This document shows, piece after piece, positions 11,771 to 25,301 of a stretch of DNA of 64,000 bases. The position numbers and the translations under genes are program-made. This DNA is from Octopus vulgaris (lineage: Eukaryota), in NCBI GenBank assembly GCA_951406725.2, contig OX597826.1, forward strand, positions 2,418,001 through 2,482,000, given 5' to 3'. The notes beneath the pieces were generated by a model. That model saw only the letters and a list, made by a program, of their open reading frames with translations, was not told the origin of the DNA and made no database searches. How positions within the stretch are numbered: the stretch's first letter is position 1; each line of letters begins with the position of its first letter.

Positions 11771-12089
11771 GGACTTAAGTGAGCAAGACAAATGAAAAGA
11801 ACAAAATATAGATTAATCACAAACCAGTTTAGCTATTACCACTTACGTAATTACATGCGTAATTGTCCGTAGCTCATCCATACATATATATATATATATA
11901 TATATACATGCATACACATATGCACACACATATACATACACATACACACTCATAAACATATGCTTAAACATATATATACATGTACATACTTACACATAGA
12001 CACACACACATATATACATGCACACATGTACACATATATAAATACACGTACATGTACATAGAGGAACGCCTACATACATACACGCGTAT

Positions 12090-12640
12090 ACATATATGGA
12101 AAGAAGTTGTGAAGGGAACACTAGTAGTTTGCAAAATGCCATTGAGAAATATTCTCTCCTCGAGATACCCTAACAAGTTGATCATGTGTGGCGGAAGCAG
12201 AGTCGTATCTACCACTCTGTGCATATTCACAAATCTATTTCAGCCGCTTTGCCTTGGTTTTGTCTGATTCAATTGCCCGTCTTTCTCTCTTTGCTGCTAA
12301 ATTTTCTTTTGCAGTCGCCCCATAATTCTTTTGCAGTCGACCCATGATTTTGTTTTGGAGTCTCCATAATGAATTGCGAAATATAAATGTGATATTTGTG
12401 TAATAACAACATAAAACCTGCAGTATGTGTGGGTTTATATTAGAGAGACATTGTGAGTGTGTTTGTGTGTGTGAGAGAAGGAGAGAGAAGGAGGGAGGGA
12501 ACATTGCAAACATTGAATGAAAACCGTATAAGTGAAATTTCGTTGAAAACTGCCTTGTTTAGCAGCGATCGCATTGTTATCATTGTAATTCTTATAGCGT
12601 TCCAAGCAGCCATACCAACAAAATCATTTCATTGTTAAAA
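12090..12640 (-). pseudogene. Possible decayed Cys-loop receptor-like segment
   Basis: MILLVWLLGTL, RSLLNKAVFNEISLIRFSFNV, YTNITFIFRNSLW, LLPP..IFLNGIL in order; very short for a full receptor; untested. Confidence 0.2.
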
Positions 12641-12889
12641 AAATATTATACCGGTATATTAAAGAATTTTCATTTTATCTAAAATATTCATTTAACAAAC
12701 TCCGGAAACTGATAATATTCTAGAAATTCTGCCTCGTATTGTGCAAAATCCTGCATTCATTCAACACAAACTAATTCAAAATTGATTCCGGTATATAAAA
12801 AAAAATATTCATATTATCAAAAATATTAATTTAACTAACTCCACAAACTGATAATAGTCTTCAAACTGTGCCTCGCATCAAAGTAATAT

Positions 12890-13226
12890 CGGGACCCCCT
12901 TCGTCACGACACTGACCATGGGATTGCACCTAGAAAGTTACCCTCCTGGTCACAAGTCTGGGCAAGGTGGTTTAGGGCAGATCAGCAGTCGCCCATGCAT
13001 ACCGGCCTCCCCTCTCCACGCAACCAGTGTTATCCAAGGGAAAGCCAAAGGGGCCGATACAGCTTGGCACCCGTGATGTCGCAACTCATTTCTACAGCTG
13101 AGTTAACTGGAGCAACGTGAAATAAAGTGTCTTGCTCAAGAACACAATATGCAGCCCGGTCCTGGATTCGGGCTCACAACCTCACGATCCTAAGCTCGAC
13201 GCTCTAACCACTAAGCCATGCACCTC
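12890..13226 (-). mobile_element. tRNA-derived SINE, family D (CORE-like body)
   Basis: Head GGCTTAGTGGTTAGAGC, body CTTGAGCAAGACACTTTATTTC..CTGTAGAAATGAG, tail shared with 39061-39385; TSD AAGTAATAT on both sides. Confidence 0.92.
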
Positions 13227-13624
13227 AAGTAATATAGTTATTATCAAATTATCATTAATGAAAATAGCGGGAATAAGAGACTGTTGCAAATAAAAACAGC
13301 AAATGTCGCCTGCAATGAATTAATAGTGTTTATTATTAAACATTAAAATCTCGGCAGTGAATGCAATGAATATTTAAATTTATGAAGAATTGGACGCAAT
13401 GAATGCAATGAACATTTAAATCTGCGAGAATTTGAAGTTAAAAAAACAATCAATAATCTTCAGAAATCGAAATTATAAGAAATTTCTTAGAACATGAATT
13501 TATATAAATATGACGAGACTGGCAAGCTCTTAATATTGCTATCTTTTAGTACACTTAATAATTGTTACATACCTAATTAATAAGCAGCTCTCTCTAGTAT
13601 AGTATAGATACATGTATGTATATA

Positions 13625-13707
<83 letters not shown>

Positions 13708-14312
13708 GATTACGTAATAAATGTGAAAATGTATCATACATTATTGTGAGCGCATACCATTGAATTTCTCATTAAAATCAACTTAGAGGTGAATGACTTC
13801 CCAAGACGTCATCCAAGACGTAATTCTATGGAATTACATTTTGTCGACGACTCAAAATATCTCTGCCAAATCACAAAAGTAAAAAAGGAATCATAGCAAC
13901 CATTTTATCTCATGGCCTCACTTTTGACTCTGTAATACCTGCTGGTTTTTTCCTTATCATTCCGCTATAGAACTTAACTTAAAATATCGATAAACTTAAT
14001 TCCTAAACGTTCGCTTCTCTCCTTAGGAGAAACAATGATATACATGTTTAGTCACCCATTAAGAATAGCATTTGAATCTCTTTCAAATCCTTCTCGATAG
14101 ATTTTATCAATGATAAGGCGTAATAGTTGATGCTTTCCTAGGTGCATCAATAATGTTACTATATAGTAACGACAGGAATGTCCTTAACTGTAGATCGGAG
14201 CGATCAAGATTGAGCTTGGGTTAAAAAGAAAGGACAACGATCGCAACAGTGAAAACATAGATTGTATTAATAACGACGAGCGTGACAATAATTATGACAA
14301 CAGCAACAACAG

Positions 14313-14910
14313 TGGAGGCGCAATGTCTCAGTGGTTAGGGCAGCGGGCTCGCGGTCCTAAAAACGCGGTTTCGATTCCCAGCCCGGGCATTGTGAGTGTT
14401 ATTGAACAAAAACACCTAAACTCCACGAGGCTCTGGCGGGGGGTTGGGGTTGCGGTGGTGAACCCGCTGTACTCTTTCGCCAAAACTTTCTTTCACTCTT
14501 TCTTCCTACTTCTGCCACAAAGCAGAGGAACATTGGTGTAACCCACTATGGTGTGGTAAACTTTCAGGCCCTAGTCTGGATTGCGAATCCTCTGTACCCC
14601 AGGATGGTTCAGCTCACCACCCGTAAAAGCCACCGTTTACGGAATGAGGATAACAACGTAGCTTTCGCGCCCGTGCAACCGCCAGTCTGTTCGCGTGTGG
14701 TGGGTGGATCTTCAAGTTGCCACACGCATTCTTAGTAGCTTAGAGTAGGCTCGAATTAGAGATTATTGTTTGTGGCTAATGGCGTGAGTCCTGATGGGAA
14801 TAATAAGAAAAAGAAGAAGAAGAAGAAGAAGAAGAAGAAGAAGAAGAAGAAGAAGAAGAAGAAGAAGAAGAAGAAGAAGAAGAAGAAGAAGAAGAAGAAA
14901 AAGAAAAAGA
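14313..14910 (+). mobile_element. Composite SINE: family B head plus about 290-bp distinct 3' module and (AAG)n tail
   Basis: GGAGGCGCAATG..CAGTGGTTAGG..GGTTTCGATTCC head to about 14510, then a module not seen in other copies, then (AAG)n at 14805-14910. Confidence 0.8.
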
Positions 14911-14999
14911 ATAAGAAGATAGCAGTAATAATAATAGTAGCAACATCCATGAAAACTGATAAATGAATGTTTATAGAGATTTAAGTGTGACGTTTAAAT

Positions 15000-16190
15000 G
15001 ATCGTGGATTTGGGTTTTCTCCAGGCTACCTTACTTTAGATGTACTATATTCAGACAAAGACTTCAAGCAGTGCAGCTAAGATATGATTGGTTACGAGTA
15101 TCGTAGACGAATAAAAATGTAACAAAAATACTATATTGCTACGAAAGTTTGAAATGAATTATTCATATACATTTCTCATTGTCCACAGAAACAATATACA
15201 AACACAAACAAGAAGAACAAATCGACAATAGAAAAGTCCTTAGCAATAGGAGGTAAATATTTTAGTGATAGAGCTCAACAAGGGAGTTTGTCTAGTACTA
15301 GCTATTGATTGGGTTATTATATATTTCTTTCTAACGTCGGTATATTATAGCGATAAACCGAAGGAAAAATGTTAAACGGACAAAGCTATTAAATACAATG
15401 GTCTTTTACTGACATTTCTCAGTTCCATTTCATTGGTTATGCTATTTCATTTATTTTGACTTGTTGTTTGTTTAGCCATGAATCTTGTTACTGATATTTT
15501 TAATATTATTCTCTCATTATGACGAGAGGCGTGCGGAGGAATTAGTTGGGTGTGGAACAAAACGACTTCCGATATACTAATGAGGGCGTGAGAGTGAGTG
15601 TTAGCAATAGTGGATGGATTAAACATTTTGCAGCATTTAATTCCTTCTCGTCTCTCTCTGAGTTCAAATCCCGCTAAAGACCACTCTTGATTTCATATAT
15701 CCACAAACACGATCGATTTACACGATATCATCCACTTACAATGATGAAGGTGATAAAGGACATTTCTGCGAAGCGTATAGCAAATTGATTTATAGTATCA
15801 AAGTGAAAACAATTTGTCAAAGGCATTTGTAAAGCCTCAATGACCCCATACAGCGAAAAGTGAAGAAGGAGAAGAAATGACGAAAGTTGGTTATTTGGAT
15901 GCAGATCAATTGTGGACACTCCACAGTTAGATTCGTTTCGTATGTCTAATATGTGGGATTTCATTTTTAAGCAAACAGAAATTTAAGGTAGATTTTGTTA
16001 GTATCTCTAGAAAATGGGCGTAGCGTACAAAGATGTGTTTTGCTGCTTTTTCCTTGTGAGTGAGAGATAGCGGTGTAAGTAGACGAACGATTGGTCCAGG
16101 AGTTGTTCCTGTTCGTTGGATAAAGGGAATCACATATCACAAAAGAGGAGGATACTCAGGGCATTAGTCTTCACTGTATTCTCTAGAGAA
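15000..16190 (-). pseudogene. Possible decayed intronless Cys-loop receptor-like pseudogene
   Basis: In order: KTNALSILLFC, TTP..RLLTPLSLTHKEK, VRYAHFLEIL..LNF, GVSTIDLHPN, INQFAIRFAEMSF, KRPLYLIAL, IPTL, YLPPIAKDFSIVDLFF, RSNIVFLL; length roughly fits one receptor CDS; untested. Confidence 0.27.
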
Positions 16191-16777
16191 GTGCTATATG
16201 TTAGGACATGGCCAATATTTTTGAAGAAATGTGTGTTTCCTAATTGTATATTATTTAGAAACTGTTAACGAAAATATCTCCAAACATGTACGTTGTTATT
16301 CACTGTCTCACATAAAGGCCTTTATCATATTTATGTTGAGAAATAGTGACCTGAAACCGAGCTACATATAAAGAATTTGATGAAACATACAACAGCGTGA
16401 AGTGGATTTGTGGTGGCAATCGTTCCCTCTTCCTCTCACGGCATTGCTCTTTTATAATTTCTATATTTCTGTTACTCTCAAATATTGGAATAGACAGAAA
16501 AAGTGAATGGTAGACTCTCACGGAGAGGAAGATATTGGTCGAATGAGTTGCAAGAGAGAGATTGTAATGATGGTTGCAGTATGATTGTGTGAAATAATAC
16601 ATTCCATTATCCTTCGGTGTATTTGATATTTCAAGTCTTTTCCCCATTGTATGTCTCTATGGCCTGGTTAAATATGGAGAAGCATATCAGAAGAGGAGAC
16701 CACATGTAAATAAAAGGAAGAGAATTGTGGAGACAATACCGGTGGATTTGAAAATTAACGAACACACATCTGTACAT

Positions 16778-17065
16778 GTGGAGGCACATGGCCTAGTGGT
16801 TAGAGCAGCGGACTCACGGCCGCGGGATCGAATCTCAGACCGGTCGATATGTGTGTTTATGAGCGAAACATCTAACGCGGCTCCGGCAGAAGGTAATGGC
16901 GAAACTTCTGCTGACTCTTTCGCCACAACTTTCTCTCACTCTTTATTCCTGCGTCTTGCAGCTCACCTGCGACGGACCGGCGTCCCGTCCAGGTGGGGAA
17001 CCTATACGCCAAGGAAACCGGGAAACTGGCCCTTATGAGCCGGGCGTGGCTCGAACAGAAACAAA
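16778..17065 (+). mobile_element. tRNA-derived SINE, family B with Meta-domain-like 3' part
   Basis: GGCCTAGTGGTTAGAGC head; CCTGCGACGGACCGGCGTCCCGTCCAGG..GAAACCGGGAAAC; TSD acatctg(t/c)acat. Confidence 0.92.
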
Positions 17066-17284
17066 CATCTGCACATAATTGATCCGTTGGGAAACCCCTC
17101 TTATAATACAATTCAAGTTCAGAGTAACTGGGATTCCAACTTAAAAGGCTTCCGTTGCCTTTTATTCCTGAACCACAAATCTTAACAATTTTATAATGTA
17201 ATCAATTTAGAAACGACAACTGAAATGTCTGAGGGGGCAGATCCCTTCAGAATATTACCCTGAGAAATTAGCGTAGATATAAAA

Positions 17285-17705
17285 TAGGAGTGGATGTGTG
17301 GTCAGAATTTCGCTTCCCAGCCACGTAGTTCCGGGTTTGGTCTCACTGCATAGCATCTTCGGTAAATGTCTTCTGCTATAGTCTCGGACCAACCAAAGAC
17401 TTGAGTGGATTTGGTAGACGAAAACATAAAGAAGCTCCTTGTCTGTCTGTCTGTCTGTCTGTCTGTATGTATGTATGTATGCATGTATATATGTATGTAT
17501 GCATGCATTTGTGTGTTTGTGTTTGTCCTCCCCCACCGATGTTGGTGTGTTTACCTCTCCGTACACTAGTGGTTCGGCAAAAAGTGACCGTTAGAACCCA
17601 AAATAGGCTTAGAAAGAATGTCTTGGGGGCGGTTTGTTCGACTAAACGCAGTGCTCCAGAATGGCCGCAGTCAAATGTCCGAAAGAAGTAAACGAAAGTA
17701 AAAGA
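17285..17705 (+). mobile_element. SINE family A, diverged full-length copy
   Basis: Homology to 1573-1987. Confidence 0.9.
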
Positions 17706-18842
17706 AGACGAAACATGCATTCTTATTGAAAACACATAGCTTGACCAGACCCAGGTAAACAAGGAGTCCGTCTACTTATATACATTTCAAATCTACGAAC
17801 CAATGAATGAAGCATAAACTTGACCATATTCATCCAAAACAAATTTTATTTCGGGTGCATGAAGAATTGTCTTTCATTAAAATAAAAAATTCTAGCGGCA
17901 TAAATGCTGCCTCATTACATTCTGTGCTCAAATTTCACCGACGTCATTTCTGCATATTGCGCTTTCTTGGTCGATGAAATATTGTACCAAAAAAAGTTAC
18001 CGGTGTCGTTGTAATCGACTTACCCACATCCAATAAAATTTACACCTTATACTTACATTAAGAAAACAAAAAAAAATTATTCTGTTGTCACAAACGTTAG
18101 AGTGTCATTTGATCTGGTTGTTTATCTCCTGATTTCTTATTCTGCATTGGTCAGTATTTACTTTAACCATTTCTTGATCTCCAAAATCAAGCATTAGTCA
18201 ACAACTGGGGTCAATGTATTAAAGAACACCTTTCCAACAATATATTGTTAGCAATTTATAAGCAATTATTATCATTAATACTACGATTAGCATCTGGTGC
18301 TACTGCTGCTACGAGATAATGTTGTTGATTGTTTGAATAATCTTAACACAGTATGTTGGGCAAACTTATACAAAAATGCGGATATAATAATTGATATATC
18401 TTCACATAGAGGCAGTCATACATGCATATAAATACACACAAGATATATAATTCACTATTTAGGGACAAATCAGTACAAATTTTAAAATGAGATAATATTG
18501 GAAACAGAAAGACGCACTTATTCACATTAGAAAACTACGCACGGGTGTATGTAATTAGAGATCAATTTTAAATATAAATGTTGACATTCACAGTCATGTT
18601 CATATATGTATATAAACACGCATAAATATATTTTTACATATCTGTGCGTATCGTATATATACATAAATAGATACACAGATGCATTCATATATGCATATAT
18701 ATACATATATGCACACACACAAAACGTATATATACATATACACATGCATATATAATATATACACATATATATATGTATAAATATTTATATATATATATGT
18801 ATAATATATATACATACATATATATGTGCATGTATATATTTA

Positions 18843-18897
<55 letters not shown>

Positions 18898-19328
18898 ATG
18901 CGTAAGAATGCATGTATGTATACATACACATGCATGCATGTGTATAAATATATCTGATAATTCCCCTCCTCGCTACTCAGAGTTTCCAGGTGGCGCTTAA
19001 TGTATTATCTGCGTATAAATATATAATTTTACGCAATAACATGCAGAGACTTGTCTTTCGCTCGATTTTATAATAAATAACGTTTATGAAAGCCATACAT
19101 CTACACATAGCTAGATATTATAAATATATATACGTTTATACAGTTTTATACATACATACATACTTACATACATACATACATATACATCATGTATTATATA
19201 TCTGCATCCATATGCATGCGTATATGGATGGGTACCTTCTCTCTTTCTGTGTGTGTGTAAGTTTTTGTGTATAAAAATGTATACACAAACACATAAACAC
19301 GCATACATATATACATACAGAATATATA

Positions 19329-19394
<66 letters not shown>

Positions 19395-19899
19395 ATATAT
19401 ATATATACATATATATGCATGCACACATTTTTATGACTATATTTATACCCATGTAAATATACACAATGATATATTTTCGTGTGCGCATATGTTTATATTA
19501 AAGGCAACCATACAACTATAATTATTTTAGAGGACAATAGACTTGCATGGTTTTATCGAGAAATACTAAAATAGAACCGATGCGTTAAAAATGCATAGAC
19601 AAATCACTCTTCTTTTACTCAATAGGAAAACTTTACCACAGCTAAAATTTCTACCTAACTTGCTTAAATCAGGTTTTATTAATAACTTCTTTTAAATACA
19701 TTTTCCAAATTCTATAACGTGATTTTAAAGAAAAACCACAAATCAAAAACAACGAGAAGAAATATTCAACGAGGAAAACCCAACAAGTTTCGTTTATTTA
19801 TCAAAGTCATACAGCTTTGTATCACGGGATGTAGTGTACGGGAATATAAATATGGGGATGGCTATAACACAGACACTTCGATGCAGCAGCTGCTGTCGT

Positions 19900-19948
<49 letters not shown>

Positions 19949-19966
19949 GTCATACACACGTTCGTC

Positions 19967-20035
19967 CAGTGGGACTGAACCCTGACCCATATGGTGTTAG
20001 TAAGCAAGCTACTTACCACACAGCCAATCCTGCGC
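19967..20035 (-). mobile_element. SINE family A head fragment
   Basis: Reverse complement of GCGCAGGA..GGCTGTGTGGTAAGTAGCTTGCTTAC..GGTTCAGTCCCACTG. Confidence 0.85.
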
Positions 20036-20113
20036 TTATATGTTTGTGTGTATACATATATACATACGTACATATATATATATACATACATTCATACATA
20101 CATACATACATAT

Positions 20114-20166
<53 letters not shown>

Positions 20167-20169
<3 letters not shown>

Positions 20170-20478
20170 TAAGGACTGAACACGAAAAGTGGACAGTCAA
20201 CATGCTAGATATAGACGTCAAATCGCCATTCTCCACAAAGATTATGTTCTCAAATAAAATAAAATTCAGCTGAATTTTATTTTATTTTATTTTATTTGAG
20301 AACATAATCTTTGTGGAGAATGGCGATTTGACGTCTATATCTAGCATGTTGACTGTCCACTTTTCGTGTTCAGTCCTTAATTGGTATATATAAATATTTT
20401 AATCTTCGGATTCTTTTTAATATGCTAGACCACTGGTTTTAATTGACTAATATCAATTTCTACCCTTAATTAATTAAT
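20167..20478 (-). mobile_element. (TA)n-inserted fold-back element: perfect 103-bp-arm palindrome plus conserved terminus
   Basis: 20167-20269 is the exact reverse complement of 20270-20382 apart from two extra ATTTT units; terminus TTTTAATATGCTAGACCACTGG..CAATTTCTACCCTT. Confidence 0.9.
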
Positions 20479-20504
20479 ATATATATATATATATATATAA
20501 AACT

Positions 20505-21355
20505 TAGAACTTAGACAAAACTTAGATATATTTCGACCAAAGATTGGTGCAGGCCATGTCTAACTTAATATCACCAGTTGCTAGGATTATCTGAATCCTT
20601 TTTAAGTGAAGTTTTGTGGTGTCATGGTCTAGTCTAGTAGGGGATTCTTGTTGATTGAGATGTATCCATGTATAGGTGGCTTATCTGGTATTCCTTGAAT
20701 TATTTTTTCCAGATTCCGTTTAAAGGACCTGATGAGGAAAAGCAATTGTCTTGCAGCGTATTTATGTGTTGTGATCCTGAATCGGGTAGGGGTCGTATAG
20801 CCCGTGGTCCTAGCCTTGGATAAATTTTGAAGTTAAAAGCTAATGTTGAACTCCTTTGGGCAATGCTGGTGGTATATTCTCCACATCGTGCAAATGATGT
20901 ATCACACACGGCGGCGCTGGAGAGAATATAGTTTCAATGCTTTAAGGTGGTCCCATTAATCGAGATCACTCATGCTTTTAATTCGTTTAGTGAATGCCCT
21001 TTGGGGTGATTCAAATTTCGGGATATTTTGTTCTGAATGTGGCGACCAAAGGGGACACCAGTATTTAAGTTGTGGCCGTACAAAGGGGAAAAAAGTGGAA
21101 TGATGACACCTTGTTCTCTGGACAGGAAGGTTCTTAATATCTAAGAGCTCATCCTACGAGCTATATCGAACTTATTTTTGATGTGGGCACTCCAACTTAT
21201 ATTGTTATAGGCAATTACTTCTAGGTCTCTGATATTATTAAATGCTGTGAGATATTTTCCTAAAGGAAGAGAGTATAGTTGTTTTAGCATAATATTTTTT
21301 TCAAAACGCATGTGCTCAAATTTTCCCTCCCTTAGTTGCATTTTGTTTTAGTCAA
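20505..21355 (-). mobile_element. Degenerate CR1-clade LINE 3' fragment
   Basis: IRDLEVI..SWSAHI..ILRTF..RPQLKYWCPLWSP..QRAFTKRI..LKALKLYSLQRRR with stops and frameshifts; (TCTAAGT)-like tail. Confidence 0.88.
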
Positions 21356-21416
21356 AGGCATGTATATATATATGTACGCATGTATCTATATATACATATA
21401 TATACCTACAAATATA

Positions 21417-21630
21417 TATAAAATACAGTGTACATTAACACACTATTAAGAGGCTTCCATCATAGGAATCCTTTACGCTAGAAAGAACAGTTAAAATTCT
21501 AACGTAAAGGATTCCTATGATGGAAGCCTCTTAATGTGCTTTAATGTACACTGTATTTTATATGAATAATATATAGTCTATTGACTAATATTTTTACGCT
21601 AGGCCACTGGTAGTAGAAATTTCTACAAAT
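21417..21630 (-). mobile_element. (TA)n-associated fold-back element
   Basis: About 66-bp arms 21417-21483/21497-21562, then GCTAGGCCACTGG terminus motif. Confidence 0.8.
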
Positions 21631-21747
21631 ATATATATATTATATATATATATATATGTGTGTGTGTGTCTGTGTGTGTTTATCTGTGTGTGTATAAATA
21701 TATAAATAGAGATAGATAAATAGATAGAAAGATTTATAGATAGAAAT

Positions 21748-21806
<59 letters not shown>

Positions 21807-22207
21807 TATAGATAGACATCTATGCATATACATATACATACATACATGCAGATCTGCATACATACATACATACGTAAGCCAATGACTCCAAGAAGTACCA
21901 AATTTTTCATACAAAATCATTGTAAATGCGATTAATGGAATTAATTCTCTTTATACAGTAATCTAGTATATTTCTTGAAATATATTTTGCTCGTATTTTC
22001 TCTACATATGCATTTTCTGCATATTTTGTTTTATTTCCTCCATTTGTTCCGTATTTTACTTAAGTCTACCGGATTTGTAGAGAATCAATATGATATGAAT
22101 CTGTTATATCCAAGTCTTCTGTCGGTTATATGGTTCAAAATAACTTTATTTCTTATCTAAACGTTTGAGAAGACAAATTATAATTATAAACTGATATATC
22201 AAACTTA

Positions 22208-22505
22208 GTGGAGGTACATAGCCTAGTGGTTAGAGCAGCGGTCTTGTGGTCGAGGGATAGCGGGTTCGAATCTCAGATCGGCCGATGTATGTGTTTATGA
22301 GCGAAACACCTAAGCTCCACGCGGCTTCGTCAGGAGGTAATGGCGAACTTCTGCTGACTCGTCATAACTTTCTCACACACTTTCCTCCTGCATCTTGCAG
22401 CTCACTTGCTACGGACCGGCGTCCCGTCCAGGTGGGGAACTTATGAGCCAAGGAAACGGGGAAACCTGCCCTTATGAGCCCGGCATAGCTCGAGAAGGAA
22501 CAAAC
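22208..22505 (+). mobile_element. SINE family B (Meta-like tail)
   Basis: Near-colinear with 16778-17065; TSD atatc(a/t)aactta. Confidence 0.92.
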
Positions 22506-22519
22506 ATATCTAACTTAAT

Positions 22520-22755
22520 GTTCTTATATTTTTTGTGTCATTAAGTTCATAACGTTTTTGCCATCTTACCTTCCGTGCTTCTTCAGGAAATTCGTCCTGC
22601 CTCATTTTTGGACCTGCTGAATAGTTTATTAAACCTACGAATGTTCGAAATTAAGAGTACATCAGTATATGCCATAGGCCGCTGAAGAAGCCCGGTAGCT
22701 CCAACGCTCGAAAAACGTTGTTACTATAGCAAACAAGATGGTAACAAGAGTCCAT
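22520..22755. repeat. Old palindromic element with outward-facing CTGAAGAAG..AAACGTT arms
   Basis: 22551-22587 (-) and 22681-22720 (+) are diverged inverted copies; same layout as 53989-54341. Confidence 0.6.
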
Positions 22756-23339
22756 TTATGTCATTCATATTTTTGAGTTTTAAGTATAGAAATGAAGTTA
22801 TTTGACATTTCGATAAGTTCTAAATAGTTAATTCTAATTAAGATTCTGTGAATTTACAGACATCCTAGTGGAGCCAGGTTGGAGGGCTCGGGGAATATGC
22901 ACCAACATTCGACGTTCTGAGTTGAAAACTATCACGGTAAAATTTCTTTTCGACCATTTCGGGGGCGCCGAAAAAATTAAATAAATAAAGGCGAAAAAGA
23001 AGTATGGAGTCAAAGTGTTGGATTTGGCAGGAAGTGTGATGGAACCAAATGATTTTCAGTTTTTGTTCCGTTTCTTGACTTTTTGTATTACTTGCTCGAA
23101 TATTTCTGTGCTACAGTTGGGTGGTAGACTCAATGTACAGCTTGGGTTGACACTGTCAACGTACACACATGCACACATGCATGCACATACACGCACAAAC
23201 GAACACGCGCACACGTACACATGCACACACATACACGCATCTATTTGTATAAGTCTAGGTCCTTTGTTTAAAGGAGACAAGATCGAGCATCTATGTATGT
23301 ATATACGTATCTATCTATCTATATATATATATATACTAT

Positions 23340-23374
23340 TTGTCTGTTTGCCTGCCTGTCTGTCTGTCTATCTG

Positions 23375-23436
<62 letters not shown>

Positions 23437-23437
23437 G

Positions 23438-23488
<51 letters not shown>

Positions 23489-23527
23489 CGTCTGTCTGCC
23501 TGTCTATCTGTCTGTCTATCTATCTAC
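23340..23527. repeat. (TCTG)n/(TCTA)n microsatellite
   Basis: Directly visible; explains the 179-aa SIYL-repeat ORF. Confidence 0.97.
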
Positions 23528-23655
23528 GTAGCTATCAATGGACCTAGTCGATAGGGATAGGTACTCCGTGGACCTCAACCAAGTTGAAGATTTCAAACCA
23601 TTTGAATACTACCACATGTTTTCTGTATTGAGCATTTTTAGCTTTTATTTTTTGT

Positions 23656-23691
<36 letters not shown>

Positions 23692-25262
23692 ACACACACA
23701 CACACACATAAACACACACACACACACACACTTACACAAACGAGTGTCCACATATACTGCCGATACACAGGTTCTTATTGAAATACCTTGATTCTATTGG
23801 ATCCTACAAATAATTAATGGATGCACACACGCGCACGCACATTTGTCTGTGAAGGTCTAGGTCCGCAGGTTGCAGGAGACAAGATCGGACATCTAACATG
23901 TTGATGAAATTTGTTGAGCAACAGATAACTTTCCACAACGGTCTTCTTATCCACCGACGATGAACCTGTCATTCGTCTTCATGGAATGTAAGTTTTGAAG
24001 GGAACTTAAGTTTTGGGATAATCCTGCTTGCTCAAGTGGAACTTAATCGTCATTTCAAAATTATGGCACATCCTTGAGAGGCAGAGATAATTTTGATAAG
24101 TCAATAACTTATGTTGTATCTTATTTGACATGCTAGTATATAGTAGTACATCTAATAGACAAACTGCACGCCTTGCTTAAATGGTGATAATTCATAGTGT
24201 ATTGAAAAAGAAAAGAAAAGTAGATACAAAAAACGTGGCTGTGTTCAAATGGAAGACAAAGCATACACAACAACAAATTTCTGTAGACAGTTGTCAGTAA
24301 CCCTGACATTAAATATCTAGAGATATCCGCCTGTGTTCGTTATACGACAAACTGTTTTTCAACATTTCATGTTTCGCATGATTTTGCCCGGAAAATTCCA
24401 CATCTGAATTGAATTCATTTCTTTTCACGTAAAGTAGCCAGCATTTATATACGAATATTATATTTAACTGATTGACACAATGTGAAACTTATATTTCAGT
24501 ATATAGGTTAGCAACTCTAGATTAAACTATCTTTGAATTTCAATACATCTAATACATAGACGATGTTGAACCAATTTAGAGTAAATAGGAATCTTTTATG
24601 CACGGTTGCCACAATATTACTGTCTTCAAAATTACAATGTATGGCTGCTTATTCTTTGAAATATCACAGTGCTTCTAAGACAAAATCTGGCTGCCACTTT
24701 CTTTAGTCCAGACACATTAGATGAAACAGAAATGGAGACATTTTCTTTCTCTCCTGTTTTGCGTTTCTTCTGATAATCTTGTCATTTCATAATTCTTTGT
24801 TTCTTTTGATTCTTTCATTCATTTTTCTTTCAACCATTTTTCGTTCTTTCTTTCGTGTTTTGTTTCATTTTTCATTGTATATTTCCGTTTCACATATAAT
24901 TTCTAATTACCTTTAACTCTCCGACATCTTGCTCGTATACACTCAGACTCTCTCTCTCTCTCGTTCTCTCCCTCGCTCTCTCTCATACGTATGTATATAT
25001 GTATGTTCATGATACAATTTCATCATAGAGTTTTCTGGAGTTTCGGTTACATGGTCTCACTACATTGCATTCCTTTGCATTCTATGTGGACTGATAACCG
25101 AGTCTGTGAGAGGAGCTTTCTACGATAACTACATCTTACACTACTCATTTATGTATTTCTATGTATGTAAGTATGTATATATGTATGTATGTATGTATCT
25201 ATCTATCTATCTATCTATTTCTTTCTCCTTCACTCGCTCTCGCTTTCTCTAAACACACATAT

Positions 25263-25301
<39 letters not shown>

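Noticed and set aside
12235-12350. Helitron N-terminus-like basic peptide MGRLQK..AAKRERRA
   Set aside because: Too short, partly produced by a 21-bp tandem duplication, and no Rep or helicase motifs
15189-15252. Plus-strand 64-nt exon candidate (ccacag..AG|gtaaat)
   Set aside because: No recognisable peptide or partner coding exons; other plus-strand candidates (near 33928 and 53438) have stops in all frames
20725-20745. CTGATGAGGAAA hammerhead-like string
   Set aside because: No stem II or III; lies antisense inside LINE sequence. The same applies to 39977 and 50280
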